Below, piece by piece: positions 9,767 through 18,456 of a DNA stretch of 64,000 nucleotides. The translations under genes and the position numbers were made by a program. The notes under the pieces are model-generated. The model was not told where the DNA came from and ran no database searches. It saw nothing but the letters and a program-made list of their open reading frames with translations. The DNA lies in IMG/VR virus record IMGVR_UViG_3300020198_000009, positions 16,430-80,429 of that record. The stretch is one strand, 5' to 3'. The DNA is from a virus. Position 1 is the stretch's first letter; each line of letters starts with the position of its first letter.

Positions 9767-10843
9767 TTGAACTACATCGGCAGCAAGGCGGGCCTGGTGG
9801 GACCACTCATCACCCGGGCCATGGCCGAACTCGGTATCGCCCCGCCCGGGATCTTCGTCGACGCCCTGGCGGGTACCCATGCGGTCGGGCGCGCCATGCA
9901 ACACGCCGGCTGGTCGGTCATCGCCAACGACCAGATGCGCTACAGTGAAGTCGTCGGCCGGGCCCTGCTGGGCACCAAGGTGTTGCCCTTCTCGGAGCTC
10001 GCCGGCAAGATCTTCCTGGCGGGCCTGCCGGGCGGAGCCCGCTCGCAGGCCGTCATCGCTCACCTGGCCGAGCAACTGGCAGACCCTGAAGCCCATTACA
10101 TCGCGCGCATCCATGGCTCCTGGTTCCTTGACAAGTACTGCGAGGGCGGCTCCGGGGGGAGGCTGTACTTCTCGCGCGATAACGGCAAGCGCATCCAGAT
10201 AGCCCGCTGGCTCATCGACGAGTGGCCCCTGACGGCTTACGAGCGCGACACGCTCATCTACGCGGTCATGCGCGGGGCCGACAAGGTAGCCAACACGGCC
10301 TCGGTGTTCTACACCTTCCTCAAGCAGCTGAAACCCAGCGCACGCAAGCCCCTGAAACTGGAGGCACCCTCGCTGGCCACCGGCCCGGAAGCCACGGTCC
10401 GCAAGATGGAGCTCATAGACTTCCTGCAAAACCTCGACGGGGCCACGGTGGTCTACATCGATCCGCCCTACAACGCGCGTCAATACGCCCCCAACTACCA
10501 CCTACTCGAAACCATCTGCTGCTGGGATGATCCGGTGGCCTTCGGCCGCGGCGGGTTGCGCGACTACTCGACCCAGAAGAGCAACTGGTGTTACCGCTCG
10601 GCGGTCCACGACGAACTCGACACGGCGTGTTTACTGGCCCCTGCCCACTGGGTACTCCTGAGCTACTCGTCCGAGGGCCTCATGGAACGCCGGGAAATCG
10701 CCGACATCATGGGCCGCCACGGACCGGTGCGTATCTTCGAGCACGAGCACCCGCGCTTCCGGGCCGACAACGACGGGCCACATCGGCAATATGCCCGGAA
10801 CCGGACCGTCGTCGAGTACCTGTTCGCCCTCAGGAAACTCTGA
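9767..10843 (+). CDS. DNA N6-adenine methyltransferase (D12/FokI-like)
   Basis: NYIGSK N-terminus, DALAGTHAVG SAM-binding motif, catalytic YIDPPY followed by NYHLLE. Confidence 0.85.
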   Translation: MNYIGSKAGLVGPLITRAMAELGIAPPGIFVDALAGTHAVGRAMQHAGWSVIANDQMRYSEVVGRALLGTKVLPFSELAGKIFLAGLPGGARSQAVIAHLAEQLADPEAHYIARIHGSWFLDKYCEGGSGGRLYFSRDNGKRIQIARWLIDEWPLTAYERDTLIYAVMRGADKVANTASVFYTFLKQLKPSARKPLKLEAPSLATGPEATVRKMELIDFLQNLDGATVVYIDPPYNARQYAPNYHLLETICCWDDPVAFGRGGLRDYSTQKSNWCYRSAVHDELDTACLLAPAHWVLLSYSSEGLMERREIADIMGRHGPVRIFEHEHPRFRADNDGPHRQYARNRTVVEYLFALRKL

Positions 10844-10856
10844 AAGGAGCCAAGCC

Positions 10857-11480
10857 ATGAGCATCGGGAAGACCGTCGCATGCCGACGCTGCCGCGAGCG
10901 CGGCAAGGACTGGGAGGGCGGCGATCCGGTCTGCGGCTTCGACCAGGGTGGGCTGTTCAGCGCAAGCAACTGGATGTGTGCGACGCTCTGCGACTTGCGC
11001 GAGCGCATCGAAGCGAGCGGCCAGGTGAGCTGGTGCAACGACACGTACTTTGGCACCGTCGGCTTCGAGTTCGAAGACGAGGACTTCGGCTTCCTGACCA
11101 TGGCGTGGTACAAGCACCACGGCGAGACCTACTGGGCCGGCGTGGTCTTCGATGGCCGCACGCCCAAGCCGTTGACGCTGGACGTCGCCGAACGCATCCT
11201 GGGCGCCCTGCCGGCGCCAGACGGTCAATCTCCTGGCGCGGTCGGGACGTTGAACACCATCAAGGCCGACGAACCCCCCGTCAGGCTCCCGGTCGGCCAG
11301 ACCCCTCTGCGCGTCGATGCCTGGGCGGTTTTGTCCCGCTGCGTCGAGGAAGGTATCGCCTACGGTTGGCGGCGCGCCCGCAAACACGTCGACAACCCCA
11401 GCGAGGACGCCGTCAAGGTCGAGATCGAAAACGCGGTGATGAACGCCGTCTGCGAGTACTTCCGCTTCTCGGACGACTAG
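10857..11480 (+). CDS. Hypothetical Cys-containing protein
   Basis: AAGGAG SD before ATG 10857; CRRC...C...NWMC. Confidence 0.55.
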   Translation: MSIGKTVACRRCRERGKDWEGGDPVCGFDQGGLFSASNWMCATLCDLRERIEASGQVSWCNDTYFGTVGFEFEDEDFGFLTMAWYKHHGETYWAGVVFDGRTPKPLTLDVAERILGALPAPDGQSPGAVGTLNTIKADEPPVRLPVGQTPLRVDAWAVLSRCVEEGIAYGWRRARKHVDNPSEDAVKVEIENAVMNAVCEYFRFSDD

Positions 11481-12985
11481 CGGTACACGAAGACGAACTT
11501 GTCGTCTGCCTTGACCGGCACACGCGGGTCGAGGTAACGGAAGACGTCGTCGAGGATCAGGAACTGGGCAGTCGGCCGCAACCGCAGGCCGTTCATGAGC
11601 ACCAGGGCCTGCCCGGGATCATGCGGTGGTCGGGACAGACGGTAGCCCAGCGAAGTGCCGACATCGTCCATGCCCGCCACGTAGTAGTCGTATTCGAGCG
11701 CTCCCGCCACGAAGGCGTCCTTCCAAAAGAGCACGACGGCCTTGTCGGTATTCTTGAGATCGAAGGCCCCGTTCCAGGTGATGTGCGAATCGTCGGGGAA
11801 CAGCAGGTAACGCTCGCCGGCAAACCATTGACCGCCGAAGCTGCCGTCGGCCGACAGGAACAGGAGAGACTTGTGGATCTCGGGCACGCGTTCCCTCAGG
11901 TTCCAGGTCGGCTTGCCCGCCGAAACCGACAATTCCTTGATCTTGACCCCGACCCCGACCCGCTCGGACAGAAAGCCGATGAGTTCGAGGGTCTCGCCGG
12001 CCCGCAACGCCAGATCGTCCCAGGTCAGACCCCCGAGTGTCTGCTCGAAGCCATGGCCCTGGGCATAGCCAAGACCGTTCAGGGACACCATTGCCGCATG
12101 GCGGTAGGGCGGACGATCTCCGCCCAGCGCGAAGGCGACCTGGTCGTCCTCGGCGACCGGCACGTCCAGCCGGGTCAGGAAATGCTGGGGCACCCAGAGA
12201 TCGTCGCGGGTCCGGTCCAGGTAGCCCCGAGCCGGCAGCGAGCTGATCGTGAGTACCGATCCGTGATCGAACGGCACCGCCGAGCCCACCGTGAGCCGAA
12301 ACTCTCCCAGAGCCCACTGATCGGTACCCTGGCCTTCGAAGTAACGCAGGCCATCGACATGGACTCGCACGTCACCTGCCCGACTGGGCACGACCGACAG
12401 TGTAAAGGTGCGGTTGCGACCAGGCCTGAGGGCGAAACTCTGCTGGGCGCATAGCCCGGCGCTGTCGCGCGTGCGCGGGTAAACCGCCACGATGCTCGCC
12501 CCGGCGCGCAGCCGGACCGACGGGTGGGTAAACGTCAGTCGATTGCCCGCTACACGCAAGAAGCCAGCCGCCTGCGGATAACACGATCCTTCGTAGTAGA
12601 GCTCAGCCCGGTCGCCCACGGGTATCCCGTCGAGCCGGAAATCGACCTGACCGGTCGCGGTGACGACGTGACGCTCGGCGTGCAGTTGACCGGCAGCGGT
12701 CGACTGACCCAGGACCTCGACGACCACCTGTTTGCCCGGCGGCAAGGGCGGGAGGTGCCAGGATAGCGTCGAGCCCCTGACCGAGACGTCGGGCATAAAA
12801 TAGGTCTTGCGATCGACGATGGCCGTCAGAATACCGGCCGGATTCGGAGTGAATCCGAGCGCAAAGGTCGCCTGGCCTGACGTGGCCACTGTGACCGTCA
12901 CGCGCTGATGCGCGAAGCCTTGGTTCTCAGCCGGGACGGGCAGCGACGCGAACGGGATGTCGGACGCCCCACGGTTGATGGCCAT
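11477..12985 (-). CDS. Putative tail-associated protein with internal beta repeats
   Basis: Repeats of V.vnGl.y...l......l..g..v.v.y type; downstream of a large tail protein. Confidence 0.55.
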   Translation of the reverse strand: MAINRGASDIPFASLPVPAENQGFAHQRVTVTVATSGQATFALGFTPNPAGILTAIVDRKTYFMPDVSVRGSTLSWHLPPLPPGKQVVVEVLGQSTAAGQLHAERHVVTATGQVDFRLDGIPVGDRAELYYEGSCYPQAAGFLRVAGNRLTFTHPSVRLRAGASIVAVYPRTRDSAGLCAQQSFALRPGRNRTFTLSVVPSRAGDVRVHVDGLRYFEGQGTDQWALGEFRLTVGSAVPFDHGSVLTISSLPARGYLDRTRDDLWVPQHFLTRLDVPVAEDDQVAFALGGDRPPYRHAAMVSLNGLGYAQGHGFEQTLGGLTWDDLALRAGETLELIGFLSERVGVGVKIKELSVSAGKPTWNLRERVPEIHKSLLFLSADGSFGGQWFAGERYLLFPDDSHITWNGAFDLKNTDKAVVLFWKDAFVAGALEYDYYVAGMDDVGTSLGYRLSRPPHDPGQALVLMNGLRLRPTAQFLILDDVFRYLDPRVPVKADDKFVFVYR

Positions 12986-12987
12986 GG

Positions 12988-15900
12988 CTAGACCTGCATG
13001 CGCGCGTGCGGGTAGGTCAGGAAGGCCTTGGCGGGATCGTCGGCCGTGAACGCCCCCTCGTTGCTGACGACCGATAGGCCATAGAGCGCCCCGTCGAGTT
13101 CGACCAGGCTCATCCAGGCCATGAAGCCGCCATTGGGCACCACCACGCCCGCGCCCAGGGTGATGGTGCCATCGAGCGCAAGGTCCATGCCTTCGAGCGG
13201 TATGGGTCCGCTCTGAGGCAGGGTGAGGATGTCCCGGAAGGTCGTCTCGGGGTCCTCGTCGACGCCGACCAGCTCACCGGCCATGGACGGGAACTTCTCG
13301 GTAACCGGATCGACATAGGCCTCCGGAGTGTTGGCGATGCTCGAATTCGAGGCCAGCAGGTAGCCCCTGGCCGCCAGCTTGAAACTGTCGTCGGCCGTCA
13401 CGGGCAGGGATGGCATCCCGGCGTAGTCGTAGGTCAGCAGGAGCGTCTCCTGCGCGCCCAGCGAACTGGCCCGCAGCAAGGGGAGCTTGAGACCGTAGGC
13501 CCCCGCCCGCAACTGGTAGACCTGGCCACCGAGAGTCTCCCACTTGGTCTGTTCGGGCGCCGGCAACGCCAGGTACTCGGCGCTGGAAATCGTCAGATCG
13601 ATCTGGACGCGGTTACGATCGAAGCCGCCGTAGGTGCATGGGTATAGCCGATCGTCGACATAGACGCCACCCACCTTGTTGCCGCCGCTCTGGTGGACGA
13701 ATCCCAGCGCGCCCAGCAGGACCGAGTTGGCTGGCAGTGCCAGGCCGTAGCCGGTCGCGCCGCCCGCGATTTCCAGTTCCTGCCAGCTGGCGATTGCCAG
13801 ATCGTCGAGACTGCGATTGCGCGGCCGGTAGTTGGCCACCTGGCCGCCCAGCGCCAGCACGACCTTGACCTGCCGGCCAGCCACGATCACGTCGGCGAAT
13901 TCCAGGGAATGATTCTGCTCTCCGAGCTTGAAGGTCTGTATACCGACCACGTCCCCGAGGATCTCGGCCGAGATGGGCCCGAGCACCGCCCGGCCAGCCA
14001 AGGACAGCGGGATACTGATGGCATTGGTGCCGTTGGCCACGAAGACCTTCTCGATGGCGACCGCGTCCCCCTTGGTCGTCGCACCGACGGGTGTACGCAG
14101 CTCGGTGCCGTCGGCCACCACGACCCGCGTCTCGGGCACGGCGCCGTCGACCAGTTGAACGTCAGTAGCCCCGCGGATCGCGCCGTAGACCGTGACGGGC
14201 ACATGGGCCAGGAAACTTCCAGCACTCTGCCGGACCCGGTACGAAACGCAGACCGTGCCGGCTGGATCGTAGTCGGGATCCTCGATGTCGAACAGGATGG
14301 ATGCCGAATCCGGGCTCTCGCCCACCGACCAGGGGCCCAGGACCCCGACCGGCCCGCCGCTGCCCAACCAGGTAAGGGCAGTGACGGGCTGATCCGATCC
14401 GGGGCCGCCAAGGTAGAGATGGCCGTCGACGGGCGCGTTGATGATCAAGGTCTTGGACCCGTCCTCGTAGGTCACCAGGGCGTCGGTGTAATCGCCTGAA
14501 ACCGCAAAGTGCGTACCCACCCAGTAAGGATCGGCGCCCGGCGTCCAGCGCCGGCGTATGCCATCGGCCGCTCCCAGCCAGTTGGCGCCATCAACCGCCT
14601 CGGGAGCGATGGCCTCGACCTGGAGCGGCCGCTTCGAATAGTGGCCAGCCACCAGGCTCGACGCGCCCATCTGGTTGGGGTGATTGGCACGCAGGACACT
14701 GTCGACGACCTGGCCGAGCAGCATGGAGTAGTTGAGGCTGCCGAAATGCAACACCGGGGCGACCACCTCGATTTCATCCTGGTGGAAACGATCGTGGCGC
14801 TTGTCGTCCGGGCGCGTGGGATTGCCGTTGTTCAGGCCGCCACCGGCCAGGTTGGAAACCAGGTAGGGATCGCGATTGAAGCGCGAGACCAGAGCGACCG
14901 GAACGGCCCAACTCTCGCCGTCCGACGACGCCCCATACGCGCTCTTGTAGTAACCGCCCTCGGCGAGCGCGTAGGCGCCGCCGCCGATCGCCACGACTGC
15001 CGGATTGGCCATGAGCTTCTCGGCCCGATCGTAGGCAACCCCGGCTGCCACTGTGACGCGCACGCGGGTGGCTACATAGCCCACGCCCGTCAGCGGCACG
15101 TAGAACGATCCGTCGGTGGGCGGCGCGGCCAGGATCACCCGCCAGGCCTCCAGGAACAGGAGATCCGTGCGCACTCCAGCAAGCGGTGCCTCGGGTAATA
15201 CGACATGCTGGGTAGGGACCGGGAACATCACGCCATTGAGTATGGCCAGGTTGGCCGCGATGTCGAGCTGATTGGCCGCCTCGGCGCCCGAGACCGCCAA
15301 CGGCCGCGCAAACCCCGAGCGGCGCGCCTTGCGGTGCAACTCGACCTCGGCGCCGGTCTGGATGTTCGCCTGGGCGATTTCGTTGGCCAGGATCCACAGC
15401 AGATCCTGGCAGCCGGCCATGCCGTCTGTCACGTCGGCATAAGCCGCCAGTACGCCCAGTTCGGTCGAATAGGCCGTGCCCGAGCCTACCGCGCCGGTAT
15501 CCTGATTGACCCAGACGTAGATCCGCTCATCGACCAACTGCGTGACATCGTAGCTGAACGTCGCCTCGGCCAGAGTCTGGAGCACACGGTAATGCTCCCT
15601 GCCTCCCGAGACCAGGCGCAGGAAGACCTTGAAGGGCGCCACCGCAACCTGTTGCCCAAGACCGTTGATGTCGCCCGCATTGATGAGCACGACATTGTAC
15701 TGGGCTCCGCCGCGCAACCGCAGCTCGGCCTGAAGGACTTCCGAGAGGACGGACATCGAGACCAGCGGACCGTTAAAGGCCGCGTCCCCGAAGTCCATGC
15801 CCGCATCGTACAGATCGCCGGGCGCCAGGGGGTCTGGTGTGTCTATGACCCGGCTCTGGGTGCGCTCGTCGGTTGCCAGGGATAGGTCGGCCATGGCGTC

Positions 15901-16245
15901 GGAATTAGCCCCCCAACTGACCTTGGCCAGCACGATGTGGGTATTGGCCGCCTGGGGTACGACAGTGACTTCCCGGGTGTCGTCGGGCTCGAAGACCACA
16001 TAGGCCGACCCGGCGGTCGCCGGCAAGTCGAGCCCGAAGATGGGCGGATCCAGATCGCTGGGGCGGTAGACCGTCGCGGCGAAGCCCGCTTGCCCGAAGC
16101 GCACCGAGATCTCGCGATCGCCGATCGCCAGGTTGTCGCCGCCCTTGTCGCGCATGATGGCCGCACCCACCACGAGCTTGTCGGCACTGGGATGCTTGCT
16201 GACGACCCCGCCTGCATAGACCCCGTAGGTCCCGTTGACCGGCAT
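12988..16245 (-). CDS. Large tail/baseplate structural protein
   Basis: 1085 aa, beta-rich; RTDLLFLEAW and RPDDKRHDRF motifs typical of myovirus tail/baseplate proteins. Confidence 0.6.
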   Translation of the reverse strand: MPVNGTYGVYAGGVVSKHPSADKLVVGAAIMRDKGGDNLAIGDREISVRFGQAGFAATVYRPSDLDPPIFGLDLPATAGSAYVVFEPDDTREVTVVPQAANTHIVLAKVSWGANSDAMADLSLATDERTQSRVIDTPDPLAPGDLYDAGMDFGDAAFNGPLVSMSVLSEVLQAELRLRGGAQYNVVLINAGDINGLGQQVAVAPFKVFLRLVSGGREHYRVLQTLAEATFSYDVTQLVDERIYVWVNQDTGAVGSGTAYSTELGVLAAYADVTDGMAGCQDLLWILANEIAQANIQTGAEVELHRKARRSGFARPLAVSGAEAANQLDIAANLAILNGVMFPVPTQHVVLPEAPLAGVRTDLLFLEAWRVILAAPPTDGSFYVPLTGVGYVATRVRVTVAAGVAYDRAEKLMANPAVVAIGGGAYALAEGGYYKSAYGASSDGESWAVPVALVSRFNRDPYLVSNLAGGGLNNGNPTRPDDKRHDRFHQDEIEVVAPVLHFGSLNYSMLLGQVVDSVLRANHPNQMGASSLVAGHYSKRPLQVEAIAPEAVDGANWLGAADGIRRRWTPGADPYWVGTHFAVSGDYTDALVTYEDGSKTLIINAPVDGHLYLGGPGSDQPVTALTWLGSGGPVGVLGPWSVGESPDSASILFDIEDPDYDPAGTVCVSYRVRQSAGSFLAHVPVTVYGAIRGATDVQLVDGAVPETRVVVADGTELRTPVGATTKGDAVAIEKVFVANGTNAISIPLSLAGRAVLGPISAEILGDVVGIQTFKLGEQNHSLEFADVIVAGRQVKVVLALGGQVANYRPRNRSLDDLAIASWQELEIAGGATGYGLALPANSVLLGALGFVHQSGGNKVGGVYVDDRLYPCTYGGFDRNRVQIDLTISSAEYLALPAPEQTKWETLGGQVYQLRAGAYGLKLPLLRASSLGAQETLLLTYDYAGMPSLPVTADDSFKLAARGYLLASNSSIANTPEAYVDPVTEKFPSMAGELVGVDEDPETTFRDILTLPQSGPIPLEGMDLALDGTITLGAGVVVPNGGFMAWMSLVELDGALYGLSVVSNEGAFTADDPAKAFLTYPHARMQV

Positions 16246-16249
16246 CAGG

Positions 16250-16765
16250 CTACCTCACGAAGACGATTTGCCAGGAGACCGTCAGGCGCAACCGGGCGAA
16301 CTTGTCGAGGGGCGGGAAGGTGAAGCGCGCGAACAGCTTACCGTTGCCGCTCTTGAGCCCCACCTCGCTGAACTGCTGGCCGGTTCCCACTCCAGGAGCC
16401 ATCGTACTGGTGAAGACCACGCTGTCGACCGTCGGATAGGCCGCCGGGCTGATGACCTCGGTGGCCAGCACTTCGTTTTCGAGGGCCTCGTCGGTGGCGG
16501 CCGGCTCGGTGGCGCCATCCCCCCAGCCGACGCTCGTGACGAACCCGCCCTCGTCGCCGGCCAGGGCCCGGGCCAGGATGCCGCGTGCGTCGTTGACGAT
16601 GGTATTGTACGCGTAGCAGTAGGCGACCTGGCCGTGATCGGGGGAAAAAATGTCGTCGACCACGCCCTTGATCTCGACCCGGCCGAAGACGGGCCGGCGC
16701 AAGCGGCTGATGTGCTTGATGAGGCCGCCAACGGCGCCGATAGCACGTTGTAACCAGTCGCGCAC
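16250..16765 (-). CDS. Putative tail-fibre attachment/baseplate protein
   Basis: NTIVN...VGWGDG...DEALENE...SEVGL...LFAR...K...LTVSWQI pattern. Confidence 0.65.
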   Translation of the reverse strand: MRDWLQRAIGAVGGLIKHISRLRRPVFGRVEIKGVVDDIFSPDHGQVAYCYAYNTIVNDARGILARALAGDEGGFVTSVGWGDGATEPAATDEALENEVLATEVISPAAYPTVDSVVFTSTMAPGVGTGQQFSEVGLKSGNGKLFARFTFPPLDKFARLRLTVSWQIVFVR

Positions 16766-16785
16766 GCTGCCTTACTCCATGAATG

Positions 16786-16809
16786 TGGTCCTACCAGTTG
16801 AATTATAGA
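16786..16809 (-). promoter_or_regulatory. Putative late promoter TCTATAATTC followed by a TGGTAGGACCA palindrome
   Basis: Minus strand reads TCTATAATTCAACTGGTAGGACCA; near-identical to 24012-24035. Confidence 0.6.
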
Positions 16810-16820
16810 ATCGCCGCCGG

Positions 16821-17936
16821 TCAGGCCAGATGACCCAGGTCGGGCCGGTACTTCTCGATGATGGCGCGAAAACGCGTCCTGGTGCGATCTATCAGCTTCT
16901 TGATGGCCGCCGGAGTCTTGCCCACCTCCAGCCCGAAACCCCGAGATCCAGCGGTCGCGTCCAGCCCGTCGGGGGTCGCAACGATTTCCGAGACCTCGCC
17001 GGCGATGTCGCGCTCGTCGAGGGGCACGGTGTGGTGATAGAGTCCGTGGAATGCCCCGAAGACGCTGCCCTCCATCGCTGACAGGTGGCTGACCAGCTGA
17101 TTGAGCGATTCGACCGTCTCGTCGCTGACCAGGTACTCGACCAGATCCGAGCCGATGGGCAGATCGGTGACCTGGGCGTAGCCGGTGTCCTCCTTCTGAC
17201 TGTCGGGGGCATGGCTCACATCGGTCGGGTGAATCGACAATGCCCCGCCCAGCAGTGCCTGAATGTGAATGGCCTTGGTGGTGCCGAGCATGCGCAACTC
17301 GTCATGGAGGGCCGCGGCGCTCTCGGGATCCGGGGCCGAGGTCACCACGACGGCATTTTCTGGGATATCGTCCTCGGGGCCTATCAACAGCAGCTTGATT
17401 TCAGTGGGTTCCGGTTCTTTTTTCAGTTTTTCCGGCTGACCTTCCGGATCTTCCGGGTTTTCCAGGAATTCCGTACGACTGGGCACGAGCTTGCGGGTCC
17501 TGGCCTTCTTGGCGACCGTCACGCGCACGACCTTCCATGGGAGATCCGGGGTGAAGGTCTCGCAGGCGTGCCGGTTGAGGATCTTCTTGAGCTTCATGAT
17601 GTCCTGGAAGGGCACCTTGGCGGCATAGCCCATCTCCGAGAGGTACTTGACGATTTCCTTGCGGACATGCCAACCGGCAAACGTCAGCAACCGGTAGCCC
17701 TGGGACATGTCGAAATGCCGGATTCCATGGAGGAGGCCCAGGATGGCCGACTGCTCCAGGTCCGCATGCTCGACCCAGGTCGGGGCCGTGAAGCGGTTGA
17801 TCATCGTGGCGACAAAGGGCCGATGCGCCTCGATGAGCTCCTGGACGGCCCACTTGGCTGCCCGCGCATCGGGCCCCTGGGCAACGGCCAGCAGTTCGTA
17901 CTCGTGCTTGGCCGTGATGACCTTGTGCGGTTTCAA
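16821..17936 (-). CDS. Phage sigma70-family factor
   Basis: Region 2 motif ELIEAHRPFV...DLEQSAILGLLHGIRHFDMSQGYRLLTFAGWHVRKEI; divergent region 4; TTG start uncertain. Confidence 0.75.
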   Translation of the reverse strand: MKPHKVITAKHEYELLAVAQGPDARAAKWAVQELIEAHRPFVATMINRFTAPTWVEHADLEQSAILGLLHGIRHFDMSQGYRLLTFAGWHVRKEIVKYLSEMGYAAKVPFQDIMKLKKILNRHACETFTPDLPWKVVRVTVAKKARTRKLVPSRTEFLENPEDPEGQPEKLKKEPEPTEIKLLLIGPEDDIPENAVVVTSAPDPESAAALHDELRMLGTTKAIHIQALLGGALSIHPTDVSHAPDSQKEDTGYAQVTDLPIGSDLVEYLVSDETVESLNQLVSHLSAMEGSVFGAFHGLYHHTVPLDERDIAGEVSEIVATPDGLDATAGSRGFGLEVGKTPAAIKKLIDRTRTRFRAIIEKYRPDLGHLA

Positions 17937-18361
17937 GCAGCGGGACTCTTTCCGGCCTTGGCGGCCTCGTAGGCACGATCGCAACCCAGCGGCAACCCGA
18001 CGTCATGCCCATGGTGGTAGCCGATCTGGGGATCGCGCCGGTAGCCGACCGCCGCCCGGGCCGGTCGCCAGGCCTCGCCCCCGAACGGCGACTGCTTGGG
18101 ATAGCACAAGGTGTAGAGCACGGCCCAGAACGCTTCGAGCTGGTAGTCCGCCGGCACCTGGGGCAAGAAGCGCACGTGCTCGACCGTCATGCCGCCAGGC
18201 GCGAAGGCGAAGACGAGCTCCTCGATGGCAAAACCGCGATCCGCCAGGTCCTTGAGGGCGCATTCGATACCGATGCAAGCGTCGGCGAACTGGCCACCCC
18301 CTTCGCGCAACGCGGCCGCAATGGCCTCTTGGAGGTAGTCGGCTGCGTCGGATTCGGTCAC
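17933..18361 (-). CDS. Hypothetical protein
   Basis: GGAG SD before GTG; overlaps the sigma gene start. Confidence 0.5.
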   Translation of the reverse strand: MTESDAADYLQEAIAAALREGGGQFADACIGIECALKDLADRGFAIEELVFAFAPGGMTVEHVRFLPQVPADYQLEAFWAVLYTLCYPKQSPFGGEAWRPARAAVGYRRDPQIGYHHGHDVGLPLGCDRAYEAAKAGKSPAA

Positions 18362-18371
18362 GAGGCCGGCT

Positions 18372-18421
18372 CCTATAATCCCAATGGATAGGGTGGGACC
18401 GCAGAAAAAACGGTCCTACCA
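18372..18421 (+). promoter_or_regulatory. Putative late promoter (CCTATAATCC) plus an inverted pair of operator-like sites upstream of the tail sheath gene
   Basis: TATAAT at 18374-18379; GGGTGGGACCG (18391-18401) and CGGTCCTACCA (18411-18421) form a stem. Confidence 0.55.
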
Positions 18422-18456
18422 CAGAGTTTACCAGTCAACCAAGGAGCTCCGCAACC

